The notes: generated by a model from the sequence alone, not told the origin. DNA of 64,000 bases from Moorena sp. SIO3A5 (GCF_010672205.1 NZ_JAAHHD010000019.1:95963-159962), one strand, 5' to 3'; numbered from the stretch's first letter, positions 1-9,619 are shown. Program-made: numbers and translations.

Positions 1-12
1 ACCTTAGCTGGT

Positions 13-1326
13 TTGAAAGCATCTGACATTATGCAGCGCCGGGTAGAAACCCTAGGGAGTCAGATGACTTTAGATCAAGCCATTCAGACCTTTAGTAACT
101 CTAGTCATCGGGGCTTTCCAGTAGTTGCTCAGGGGAAATTGGTCGGGATTATTACTCAAGAAGACATTGCCAAGAACCGAGACCGACTGCCTGGGAATAC
201 GCCTATCAAAGAGGTGATGACTCCACAACCGATCACAGTTAGACACAATGACACCTTAAGCCACGTTCTCTACATTCTTAATCGTTATCACCTCAATCGG
301 TTACCTGTTCTAGAAAACAGAAAGTTAGTTGGAATCATTACCTTTAGTGATATTATTCGTGCCGAAGCTAACCAACTCAGTGGGGAAAAAGAGCAACTAG
401 GACCGAGTCCTGATCCCTCCTATGGCGTCTATTATACTCGCGCTCCAGCTACCGGCAGTGGACGGATGTTGGTTCCCTTAGCTAATCCCCAATCAGCACC
501 AGTATTGTTGGAAATAGCTACTGCTATTGGCCAGGTACAGGACTATGAAATCGAGTGTTTGCAGGTAATACCTATCTCCCGTAGCAATAGTCCTGCTCAG
601 ACAGGAGTTGATACTACTAAAAGTCGCAGATTGCTAAGGCAAGCGGAAAGGCTAGGGCGACGGTGGGAAATGCCAGTTCACACCCAAATCAGGATATCCC
701 ACGATACCGCTCAAGCAATTCTAGAAACTATTAAACAACGACATATTAATCTAATTTTGATGGGATGGAAAGGAGCACCATCTAATAGTTCTAATCAGAT
801 TTTTGGTAATATTATCGATACCTTAATTCGACAAGCTCCCTGTGATTTAGTCTTGCTGAAATTACCCCAAGGCAAGGAAGTAGCACAAGATGTTAAATCT
901 GCTAAATACGGTTCACTAGCTAAGACCTGGAAGCGTTGGTTAATCCCCATTGCTGGTGGACCGAATTCTAGCCGTGCCCTACAATTAATTCCGATACTAG
1001 CAACCCTTGCTAAAGCAGAGCAAATCGTAGTAACTCAGGTTTTTAACCCTCAAGCTGGAGAACCTGTAATGACTAGCTTGGAAAAAGCTACCTATTTCCT
1101 CAAACAGCAACTCAAAGGTATGTGTGATGTGGTATCAATTCCAATCCGTTCCTATTCTGTTTCTGATGCTTTGATTCGTTTAGCTAACGCTCACAAGTAT
1201 GATGTAGTCGTGATCGGAGCTAGTCGAGAGGGATTATTGGAGCAGGCGATCCATGGCAATATTCCAGAAGCGATCGCACGGGGTGTTGATAGTACTGTGA
1301 TTTTGGTTAGGGAAGCACTTCATTAA
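13..1326 (+). CDS. CBS-pair domain protein fused to tandem universal stress protein (UspA) domains
   Basis: 437-aa ORF. The N-terminal ~130 aa show two CBS-like motifs (…GFPVV…KLVGIIT…, …LPVLENRKLVGIITFSDII). The C-terminal two-thirds carry two Usp-like alpha/beta modules (…VLLKLP…, …YDVVVIGASREGLLEQAIHGNIPEAIARGVDSTVILV). Confidence 0.7.
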   Translation: MKASDIMQRRVETLGSQMTLDQAIQTFSNSSHRGFPVVAQGKLVGIITQEDIAKNRDRLPGNTPIKEVMTPQPITVRHNDTLSHVLYILNRYHLNRLPVLENRKLVGIITFSDIIRAEANQLSGEKEQLGPSPDPSYGVYYTRAPATGSGRMLVPLANPQSAPVLLEIATAIGQVQDYEIECLQVIPISRSNSPAQTGVDTTKSRRLLRQAERLGRRWEMPVHTQIRISHDTAQAILETIKQRHINLILMGWKGAPSNSSNQIFGNIIDTLIRQAPCDLVLLKLPQGKEVAQDVKSAKYGSLAKTWKRWLIPIAGGPNSSRALQLIPILATLAKAEQIVVTQVFNPQAGEPVMTSLEKATYFLKQQLKGMCDVVSIPIRSYSVSDALIRLANAHKYDVVVIGASREGLLEQAIHGNIPEAIARGVDSTVILVREALH

Positions 1327-1541
1327 TTAGGGAATCGGGAGTCGGGAATCGGGAATCGGGAATCGGGGTAAGCATTCAGCTGTCAGCTTATGTGCTACGC
1401 ACACGCGATCGCGTTCAGCTTATGTGCTACGCACACGCTACGCAAACAGCTATCAGCTTTTATTTATCAGCTATCAGCTAAAGGCTGACCGCTGACAGCT
1501 GACCACTGACCGCTAATAACTGACATTTTATAATTCTATCT

Positions 1542-4500
1542 TCATTCTAAATTCTTTTGAGCAAACTTCCGCAGTTTAGGATCGGGGTCATGCTTTGCTC
1601 TATCCTGCAATAAAGACCTGCTTTGGGAATGGTTAGGATAGTATTTGAGAATGGCCTGAAGGGCTATTTGTCGAGGATTGTAATTCTCGTCATCTCTCTC
1701 GTAATCTCTGTCTTTATCAGGGTCAAAGGGGTCATGGAGAGTGCGATCGCATAAAAATTGCGATAACCAAGGCTGGTCGTGCCAAGCTTGAGCTAACTGT
1801 TGAATTGCTTTACCTCGCACATCCGAATCAGTATCAGAGCGAGCGGATTCTTGAAGTATGGGTAAAGTATCTGGGTGGTCTTGGTAACCTTCAGCTAACT
1901 GTTCTATTGCTGTAACTCGCACATCCGAATCTTTATCAGAGCGAGCGGATTCTTGAAGTAGGGGTAAGGTATCTTGGTGGTCTTTGTAACCTTCAGCTAA
2001 CTGTTTAATTGCTGTAACTCGCACATCCGAATCTTTATCAGAGCGAGCGTATTCTTGAAGTAGAGGTAAGGTATCTGGGTGGTCTTGGTAACCTTGAGCT
2101 AACTGTTGAATTGCTTTACCTCGCACATCCGAATCAGTATCAGAGCGAGCCGATTGTTGAAGTAGAGGTAAGGTATCTGGGTCGTCTTGGTAACCTTTAG
2201 CTAACTGTTTAATTGCTGTACCTCGCACATCCGAATCACTATCAGAGCGAGCGGATTCTTGAAGTATGGCTAAGGTATCTGGGTGGTCTTGGTAACCTTT
2301 AGCTAACTGTTCTATTGCTTCACCTCGCACATCCGAATCAGTATCAGAGCGAGCGGATTCTTGAAGTATGGCTAAGGTATCTGGGTGGTCTTGGTAACCT
2401 TGAGCTAACTGTTCTATTGCTTTACCTCGCACCCACGAATCACTATCAGAGCGAGCGGATTCTTGAAGTAGGGGTAAGGTATCTCGGTGGTTTTTGTAAC
2501 CTTGAGCTAACTGTTTTATTGCTGTAAATCGCACCGACGAATCATTATCAGAGCGAGCCCATTTTTGAAGTAGGGCTAAGGTATCTCGGTGGTCTTTGTA
2601 ACCTTGAGCTAACTGTTCTATTGCTGTAACTCGCACCGACGAATCTTTATCAGAGCGAGCCAATTTTTTAAGTAGGGGTAAGGTATCTGGGTGGTCTTTG
2701 TAACCTTTAGCTAACTGTTCAATTGCTGTAGCTCGCACCTTCCAATCATTATCAGAGCGAGCCAATTTTTTAAGTAGAGGTAAAGTATCTGGGTGGTCTT
2801 GGTAACCTTTAGCTAACTGGCAAATTGCTGTACGTCGCACCTTCCAATCATTATCAGAGCGAGCCAATTTTTTAAGTAGGGCTAAGGTATCTGGGTGGTT
2901 AGGATAATATTCGAGGATGGCATTAAGGGCTACTTGTCTAGGATTGCCTTTTATTCTCAAGATCAACCCGAGTTTCTTATCTTCTTCATTAGCATCATAG
3001 GGGTCATGGAGAGTGCGATCGCATAAAAATTCCCATAACCAAGGCTGATTGGCCGTAGGCCACGCTTCGCGATCGTGCCAACCTTGAGCTAACTGTTCAA
3101 TTGCTGTAAGTCGGACATACCAATGTTGATCACAGCGAGCGGATTCTTGAAGTAGGCGTAACGTATCTCGGTTGTCTTGCCAGCCTTGAGCTAACTTTAC
3201 AATTGCTTTACATCGCACCAACCAATCAGTATCACAGCGAGCCAATTCTTGAAGTAGGCGTAACGTATCTGGATGGTCTTGCCAATGGGTGGCTACTGCT
3301 ACAACAGCTGGGATGGAAATACCATAGATTAAGTCTGGATCAAATAAATACTTTTGATAATCATACTTTATAGTATCATGAATTAAGTCTTTGAAGCGAT
3401 TCAGTAATTCACTATCCGTTGATTTAATCTGATACCGATTCCTAACTTCAGACAAACAACCCGCTGCCAGAAATAAATTATCAAACTCATCCGCTTCTCC
3501 ATCTTGTGCCATCAAATACTCAATAATTTCTCCAGCTTTCTTAGAATCAATCATGCCCACAATTAACTTCAGCACTTCATGCCAATACTCATCCCGCCAG
3601 TGCTGACCAAATACCTGTTTTTTCAAATGTTCTAGGGAAATATCCTGGGTTTTCTCAAATTTCCTGACAAATTCCCAAGCACAGAAATATTCCAAAAATG
3701 TCCGATGCACAAAAGCGTAATAATCGGCTCCCATGAAACACAAGATAAAATTGCGGGTGCGCAACTGATTAATCATTACCTTAGCAACCGCTCTCGGGTC
3801 ATTAACATCCCGTAATTTCAGCTCCTCTTTGATAATCCGTTCTAAATCCTCTCCACTAATCAGATTTCCCGCTAATCCGGCTTGATTACCCTGCATAAAA
3901 TATGCCACTTTTCTTAGTATATGTTGCTTATATTCATCATCAATAATCTTCGGGTCAACACGATGATCTTCTTGTAATGCTCGTTCCACATCCCATTGAT
4001 GGAGCAGTAATCGAGAGGATTGGTTATAGAGTTCAGAGCGGTCACGAGGCAAGTCTTGATTGCGATTCAGGATTGCCATCATGGTTAGTAATAGGGGATT
4101 TTGCGCCAGTTCTCGAATCCGATAGGATGTCTCAATGGCTTTTTGTAAGCGATCCTGTTTCCTAACTTTATCGGCTTGATCAGTAAAGTTTAATTTATGC
4201 CACTTCTCAATAAAGTTTTGAATTTGTTCTGACTCCAAGTCTTGGAGCATAACATGACGGAATTCAGCATCCCGTAGCCGTTGGGGTTTATAACCAATTA
4301 CCCGAGATGTTACAATTACTCTTACTTTAGGATAGCGATTGGTAAAGCGATGAATCTCCGTAATTACATCTATTCGTTTCTCTGGATCAAACACTTCATC
4401 CAAGCCATCAAACATAACTAACACCTTACCATCTTTTAACTCCTGATCAAGGTGATGTTGATTCAGATGACATATCGCTCCACTGCTTTGATGGCAGAAT

Positions 4501-5537
4501 TCCAAGAAGTTATTACACTGTCCACTATCGCAATTCCGGATATAGGTGCGTAATTCAATCAGTAAGGGAATTGATAGAGAACTGTCAGTAGTTAGATCGG
4601 TTTTTGCCCACTCCAATGCTAAATATTGCAGCAACGTAGATTTACCAGAGCCTGGGTCTCCTAAAACCACCAAATACCGATAGCTTTGAGAGTCCTCAAT
4701 TACATCCAATACGGATTTTATCGGTTGTTGATAATAACGCTCTTTAGCTCGTTTCAACTCATCTTTGTCAATTTCCCTTTGTAGTTGACCACTCTCGCGC
4801 AGTTTTTGAGAATCATCCTTAGGAAGTTCATGAATCGCCTCCGGCATCAAGTCATGAACTTCTCGGACATTTTGAGGGATAAATATTTTCCATAGTTTTA
4901 GTTCGTTATAAGCACAGCCACTAGTATCTAAACTATCCAATTTGACATTACCGTAGCTCTCTAGGAGTGCTTCCTGATATTCCCTTAAGTCAAAATCTGG
5001 GATAATTCCTGGTTTAGTGTTTTCTGCGATCGCTTCCAAGGTTTGGGAATCTCGGATAGGCCGTAAATCATCGGATTCCCGAATAATCGTTCTTACTTCC
5101 TTGACATACTGTTTACCAATATAGTGCCAATCAAATCCTTCCGGTAATTCTAATAAGTTAAGCTCAATCCAAGTCTGGGCTAATTTTTCGGTATCTATTC
5201 GTTTACAGCCATACTTAAAGGCACTGCCCAGGATAGCTTTAATGGATTTATCCTTAATATACTGCTTGAGGGGTTTAGTATATTGTTTTACGTCTTGCTT
5301 AGATAAATCAGCATCTTCCAATTCTTCTTCCACTAAAGCTACAAATTCTTTTAAAGCTTTACCCAAGAGTTTTTTCTGGATATTTTGATCCGATAGTCCA
5401 GTATAATCTTTGATAGACTCTTTGAAAAAATCTTTAGTGTAGTCTTCTAGAGCTTCTTTCGCCAAAGGACCAATTACTTCCTTGGCCAGATAGCCACCGG
5501 CACTAGAAATTCCCCAAATTGCTAACCAATCCAGCAT
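1542..5537 (-). CDS. NACHT-family STAND NTPase (bacterial NLR-like) with novel N-terminal domain and C-terminal PBS-lyase HEAT-like repeat arrays
   Basis: 1331-aa ORF. Walker A is GDPGSGKSTLLQYLALEW, preceded by the typical pre-NACHT segment (YGNVKLDSLDTSGCAYNELKLWKIFIPQNV); Walker B is LVMFDGLDEV. After the NTPase come about 17 repeats of a ~31-aa unit (ARSDxDxxVRxxAIEQLAQGYxDHPDTLxLLQE), the PBS-lyase HEAT-like signature. The N-terminal 150 aa (MLDWLAIWGISSAGGYLAKEVIGPLAKE…) match no domain I recognise. Confidence 0.8.
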   Translation of the reverse strand: MLDWLAIWGISSAGGYLAKEVIGPLAKEALEDYTKDFFKESIKDYTGLSDQNIQKKLLGKALKEFVALVEEELEDADLSKQDVKQYTKPLKQYIKDKSIKAILGSAFKYGCKRIDTEKLAQTWIELNLLELPEGFDWHYIGKQYVKEVRTIIRESDDLRPIRDSQTLEAIAENTKPGIIPDFDLREYQEALLESYGNVKLDSLDTSGCAYNELKLWKIFIPQNVREVHDLMPEAIHELPKDDSQKLRESGQLQREIDKDELKRAKERYYQQPIKSVLDVIEDSQSYRYLVVLGDPGSGKSTLLQYLALEWAKTDLTTDSSLSIPLLIELRTYIRNCDSGQCNNFLEFCHQSSGAICHLNQHHLDQELKDGKVLVMFDGLDEVFDPEKRIDVITEIHRFTNRYPKVRVIVTSRVIGYKPQRLRDAEFRHVMLQDLESEQIQNFIEKWHKLNFTDQADKVRKQDRLQKAIETSYRIRELAQNPLLLTMMAILNRNQDLPRDRSELYNQSSRLLLHQWDVERALQEDHRVDPKIIDDEYKQHILRKVAYFMQGNQAGLAGNLISGEDLERIIKEELKLRDVNDPRAVAKVMINQLRTRNFILCFMGADYYAFVHRTFLEYFCAWEFVRKFEKTQDISLEHLKKQVFGQHWRDEYWHEVLKLIVGMIDSKKAGEIIEYLMAQDGEADEFDNLFLAAGCLSEVRNRYQIKSTDSELLNRFKDLIHDTIKYDYQKYLFDPDLIYGISIPAVVAVATHWQDHPDTLRLLQELARCDTDWLVRCKAIVKLAQGWQDNRDTLRLLQESARCDQHWYVRLTAIEQLAQGWHDREAWPTANQPWLWEFLCDRTLHDPYDANEEDKKLGLILRIKGNPRQVALNAILEYYPNHPDTLALLKKLARSDNDWKVRRTAICQLAKGYQDHPDTLPLLKKLARSDNDWKVRATAIEQLAKGYKDHPDTLPLLKKLARSDKDSSVRVTAIEQLAQGYKDHRDTLALLQKWARSDNDSSVRFTAIKQLAQGYKNHRDTLPLLQESARSDSDSWVRGKAIEQLAQGYQDHPDTLAILQESARSDTDSDVRGEAIEQLAKGYQDHPDTLAILQESARSDSDSDVRGTAIKQLAKGYQDDPDTLPLLQQSARSDTDSDVRGKAIQQLAQGYQDHPDTLPLLQEYARSDKDSDVRVTAIKQLAEGYKDHQDTLPLLQESARSDKDSDVRVTAIEQLAEGYQDHPDTLPILQESARSDTDSDVRGKAIQQLAQAWHDQPWLSQFLCDRTLHDPFDPDKDRDYERDDENYNPRQIALQAILKYYPNHSQSRSLLQDRAKHDPDPKLRKFAQKNLE
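1760..3310 (-). repeat. Intragenic tandem array of ~93-nt units encoding HEAT-like repeats (two blocks, internal duplication)
   Basis: Near-identical 93-nt units (…gctaactgttctattgctgtaactcgcacatccgaatcagtatcagagcgagcggattcttgaagta…) recur from ~1760 to ~2930 and again at ~3060-3310. The segment encoding 'WL..FLCDRTLHDP..NPRQ.AL.AILEYYPNH' occurs twice in the protein, which indicates an internal duplication. Confidence 0.8.
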
Positions 5538-5675
5538 CTTATTGGTAGTTGTTTTTCGGTTTATCTATCATTATAGATCCGTTTTAATTTGGGTTCATGG
5601 GACCAGGGAGCGCGTAGCGGTATATTTCCCCACATCCTCTACTCCCGACTCCTGATTCCCGATTCCCTTTACTAT

Positions 5676-8600
5676 CTATAATTTTGCTAACTCCTCCTTA
5701 GCAAACTTCTGCAGTTCAGGATCGGGGTCATGCTTTGCTCTATCCTGTAATAAGGATCGGGTTTCGGAATGGTTAGGATAATATTCCAAGATGGCATTAA
5801 GAGCTACTTGTCGAGGATTGTCATCCCAGTCTTCCTTACCTTCAAAGGGTTCATGGAGAGTGCCATCCCATAAAAATTCAAATAACCAAGGCTGGTCTTT
5901 CCAACCTTGAGCTAACTGTTGAATTGCTGTAGATCGCACATCCGAATCAGTATCACAGCGAGCCGATTCTTGAAGTAGAGCCAAGGTATCTCGGTGGTCT
6001 TTGTAACCTTTAGCTAACTGTTCTATTGCTGTAACTCGCACCTGCCAATCAGTATCAGATCGAGCCCATTGTTGAAGTAGGGCTAAGGTATCTCCGTGGT
6101 CTTTGTAAGCTTTAGCTAACTGTTCTATTGCTGTAACTCGCACAGTCGAATCAGTATCAAAGCAAGCCCATCCTTGAAGTAGGGCTAAGGTATCTCCGTG
6201 GTCTTTGTAAGCTTTAGCTAACTGTTCTATTGCTGTAACTCGTACCCACGAATCAGTATCACAGCGAGCCCATCGTTGAAGTAGGGCTAAGGTATCTCGG
6301 TGGTTTTTGTAAGCTTTAGCTAACTGTTCTATTGCTGTAATTCGTACCCACGAATCAGTATCAGGGCGAGCCAATTCTTGAAGTAGGGCTAAGGTATCTT
6401 GGTTGTCTTTGTAACTTTTAGCTAACTGTTCTATTGCTTTACATCGAACATCCGAATCAGTATCACAGCGAGCCAATTCTTGAAGTAGGGCTAAGGTATC
6501 TTGGTCGTCTTTGTAACCTTTAGCTAACTGTTCTATTGCTCTAACTCGCACCTGCCAATCTTGGTCAGAGCGAGCCAATTCTTGAAGCAATGCTAAGGTA
6601 TCTCGGTGGTCTTTGTAAGCTTTAACTAACTGTTCTATTGCTTTACCTCGCACCCACGAATCAGTATCAGAGCGAGCCAATTCTTGAAGTATGTCTAAGG
6701 TATCTATGTTGTTTTTGTAAGTTTTAACTAACTGTTCTATTGCTCTAACTCGCACCCTCCAATCATTATCACAGCGAGCCGATTGTTCAAGTATGGCTAA
6801 GGTATATTGGTGGTTTTTATAACTTTTAGCTAAATGTTCAATTGCTCTAACTCGCACATCCGAATCAGTATCACAGCGAGCCAATTGTTTAATTAGGGCT
6901 AAGGTATCTTTGTGGTCTTTGTAACCTTGAACTAACTGTTCAATCGCTCTAAATCGCACCCACAAATCAGTATCACAGCGAGCCAATTCTTGAAGTAGGG
7001 CTAAGGTATCTTTGTGGTCTTTGTAACCTTGAACTAACTGTTTAATTGCTATAGATCGCACCCACAAATCAGTATCAGAGCGAGCCAATTTTTTAAGTAG
7101 GGCTAAGGTATCTCGGTGGTCTTTGTAACCTTGAACTAACTGTTCAATTGCTCTAACTCGCACATACCTATCAGCATCCGAGCGAGCCAATTTTTTAAGT
7201 AGGGCTAAGGTATCTCGGTGGTCTTGCCAATGGGTGGCTACTGCTACAACAGCTTTAGTGCGAATATCACGGACTAAGTTGGCCTCATCTCCATACTTGT
7301 TATCAGTAGAATTTAGATCATAATGAATTAATTCTTTGATGCGATTCAGTAATCCAATATTCGTTGATTTAATCTCATACCGATTCCTAACCTCAGATAA
7401 ACAATCCCCTGCCAGAAATAAATTATTAAAATCATCCTCTACTCCACCTTGTGCCATCAAATACTCAATAATCTCTCCACCTTTGGTAGAATCAATCATG
7501 CCCACAATCAACTGCAGCGCTTCATGCCAATATTCATCCCGCCAGTGCTTACCAAATACCTCAGTTTTCAACTGTGCTAGGGAAATATCCTGCTTTTTCT
7601 CAAATTTCCTGACAAATTCCCTAGCACAGAAATAGTCCAAAAATGTCCGATGCACAAAAGCGTAGTAATCTGCTCCTATTGAACAAAATATAAAATTGCG
7701 GGTACGCAACTGATTAATCATTACCTTAGCCACCGCTCTGGGATTACTAACCTCCCGTAATTTCAGCTCTTCTTTGATAATTCTTTCTAAATCTTCCCCA
7801 CTAATCAGATTTCGCGCTAATCCTCCTTGATTACCCTGCATAAAATATGCCACTTTTCCCAATATCTCTTGCTTATCTTGATAATCAATAGTCTTCGGAT
7901 CAACACGATTATCTTCTAGTAATGCTAGTTCCACATCCCATTGATGGAGCAGTAAGCGAGAAGATTGGTTATAGAGTTCAGAGCGGTCACGAGGCAATTC
8001 TTGATTGTGGTTCAGGATTGCCATCATGGTTAGTAATAGGGGATTTTGCGCCAGTTGTCGAATCCGAGAGCATGTCTTAATGGCTTTTTGTAAGCGCTCC
8101 TGTTTCCTATCTTTATCCGCTTGATCAGTAAAGGTTAACTCATGCCACTGCTCGATAAACGTTTGAATTTGTTCCGACTCCAAGCCTTGGAGCATTACAT
8201 GACGAAATTCAGCATCCCGTAGCCGTTGAGGTTTATAACCAATTACCCGAGATGTCACAATTACTTGTACCTTAGGATACTGATTCGTAAAGCGATGAAT
8301 ATCAGTAATGACATCTTCTCGTTTCCCTGGCTCAAACACTTCATCCAAGCCATCAAACATCACTAAAACCTTACCAGCCTTTAACTGATCATCAAGTTTA
8401 TTTTGATTGATATCACATATCGCTCCACTACTTTGATGGCAGAATTCCAAGAAATTCTGACACTGTCCACTATCGCGATTCCGGATATAAGTGGGTAAGT
8501 CAATCAGTAACGGAATCCGTAGAGAACTTTCAGTAGTTAGATCAGTTCTTGCCCACTCCAATGCTAAATATTGCAGTAAGGTAGATTTACCAGAGCCTGG

Positions 8601-9110
8601 GTTTCCTAAAACCACCAAATAGCGATAGCCTTGAGAGTCTTTGATCACATCCAATATCGATTGAATTGGCTGTTGATAATAAACCTGTTTAGCTCGTTGC
8701 AACTCCTTTTGGTCAATGTCCTGATCTAATTCACCACTCTCTTGCAGTTTTCGATAATCATCCTTAGGCAGTTCATGAATCGCCTCCGGCATCAAGTCAT
8801 GAACCTCTTGCACATTTTGGGGGATAAATATATTCCAGAGTTTTAGTTCATTATAAGCACAGCCACTAGTATCCAAACTATCCAATTTAACATTACCGTA
8901 GCTCTCTAGGAGTGCTTCCTGATATTTCCTTAACTCAACATCTGGGGTAATTTCTGGTTTAGTGTTTTCTGCGATCGCTTCCAAGGTTTGGGAATTTCGG
9001 ATAGGCCGTAACTGCTCTGATTCCCGAATAATATTTTTTACTTTCTTATTGTTCTTTTTTTTTCCTTTCTTGAGATAGCTTTTACCAATATAGTACATAG
9101 TGCCAATCAA
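5676..9110 (-). CDS. NACHT-family STAND NTPase paralogue with HEAT-like repeats (N-terminal effector-like domain missing from this ORF)
   Basis: 1144-aa ORF, about 75-80% identical to the 1542..5537 product from the latter's residue ~150 onward. It has the same Walker A (GNPGSGKSTLLQYLALEW) and about 17 HEAT-like repeats. Translation here starts with an unrelated lysine-rich peptide (MIGTMYYIGKSYLKKGKKKNNKK). Confidence 0.75.
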   Translation of the reverse strand: MIGTMYYIGKSYLKKGKKKNNKKVKNIIRESEQLRPIRNSQTLEAIAENTKPEITPDVELRKYQEALLESYGNVKLDSLDTSGCAYNELKLWNIFIPQNVQEVHDLMPEAIHELPKDDYRKLQESGELDQDIDQKELQRAKQVYYQQPIQSILDVIKDSQGYRYLVVLGNPGSGKSTLLQYLALEWARTDLTTESSLRIPLLIDLPTYIRNRDSGQCQNFLEFCHQSSGAICDINQNKLDDQLKAGKVLVMFDGLDEVFEPGKREDVITDIHRFTNQYPKVQVIVTSRVIGYKPQRLRDAEFRHVMLQGLESEQIQTFIEQWHELTFTDQADKDRKQERLQKAIKTCSRIRQLAQNPLLLTMMAILNHNQELPRDRSELYNQSSRLLLHQWDVELALLEDNRVDPKTIDYQDKQEILGKVAYFMQGNQGGLARNLISGEDLERIIKEELKLREVSNPRAVAKVMINQLRTRNFIFCSIGADYYAFVHRTFLDYFCAREFVRKFEKKQDISLAQLKTEVFGKHWRDEYWHEALQLIVGMIDSTKGGEIIEYLMAQGGVEDDFNNLFLAGDCLSEVRNRYEIKSTNIGLLNRIKELIHYDLNSTDNKYGDEANLVRDIRTKAVVAVATHWQDHRDTLALLKKLARSDADRYVRVRAIEQLVQGYKDHRDTLALLKKLARSDTDLWVRSIAIKQLVQGYKDHKDTLALLQELARCDTDLWVRFRAIEQLVQGYKDHKDTLALIKQLARCDTDSDVRVRAIEHLAKSYKNHQYTLAILEQSARCDNDWRVRVRAIEQLVKTYKNNIDTLDILQELARSDTDSWVRGKAIEQLVKAYKDHRDTLALLQELARSDQDWQVRVRAIEQLAKGYKDDQDTLALLQELARCDTDSDVRCKAIEQLAKSYKDNQDTLALLQELARPDTDSWVRITAIEQLAKAYKNHRDTLALLQRWARCDTDSWVRVTAIEQLAKAYKDHGDTLALLQGWACFDTDSTVRVTAIEQLAKAYKDHGDTLALLQQWARSDTDWQVRVTAIEQLAKGYKDHRDTLALLQESARCDTDSDVRSTAIQQLAQGWKDQPWLFEFLWDGTLHEPFEGKEDWDDNPRQVALNAILEYYPNHSETRSLLQDRAKHDPDPELQKFAKEELAKL
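5860..7320 (-). repeat. Intragenic tandem array of ~93-nt HEAT-like repeat units in the second NACHT gene
   Basis: About 16 units of the same 93-nt family as in 1760..2930, with the variable residues concentrated in the predicted helix surfaces. Confidence 0.8.
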
Positions 9111-9513
9111 ATCCTTCCGGTAATTCTAATAAGTCAAGCTCAATCTAAGTCTTCGCTAATATATCGGTATCTATTCCTTAACAGCCATACTTGAACGCAC
9201 TGCCCAGGATAGCTTTAATGGATTTATGTTTAATATACTGCTTGAGAGGTTTACTATACTGTTTTAATTCTTGCTTAGATAAATCAGCATCTTCCAATTC
9301 TTCTTCCACTAAAGCCATAAATTATTTTAATGCTTTACCCAAGAGTTTTTTCTGGATATTTTGATCCGATAGTCCGGTATACTCTTTGATGGATACTTTG
9401 AATAAGTCTTTGGTGTAGTCTTCTAGAGCTTCTTTGGCCAACGGACCAATCACCTCTTTGGCGAGATAGCCACCAGCACTAGAAATTCCCCAAACTGCTA
9501 ACCAATCTAGCAT
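9111..9513 (-). pseudogene. Decayed 5' part of the second NACHT gene; only the first 63 codons remain as an ORF (9322..9513)
   Basis: The DNA aligns base-for-base with 5120..5537 of the first gene but carries indels and in-frame stops (for example 'ataaattattttaatgc' versus 'acaaattcttttaaagc'). The 63-aa ORF MLDWLAVWGISSAGGYLAKEVIGPLAKEALEDYTKDLFK… is 90% identical to the N-terminus of the 1542..5537 product. Confidence 0.7.
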
Positions 9514-9571
9514 GATATTGGTAGTTGTTTTTTGGTTTATCTATAATTATAAAGTAAAAGGAGTAGGGAGC

Positions 9572-9619
9572 GGTGCGACCCGTGGCGAATTTAATAATTA
9601 GATGCGGAAAGCGCACCGA
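9572..9619. repeat. Dispersed palindromic element family 'GGTGCGACCCGTGGCGAATTTAAT…GCGCACC' (copy 1 of 5)
   Basis: The inverted-repeat motif is also found at 43873..43919, 47944..48065, 59826..59871 and 63762..63857. Confidence 0.7.

Noticed and set aside
2315-7635. Small plus-strand ORFs (2315..2527, 3977..4165, 7336..7635) inside the NACHT genes
   Set aside because: They overlap strongly supported minus-strand CDSs. 2315..2527 is again a repeat artefact.
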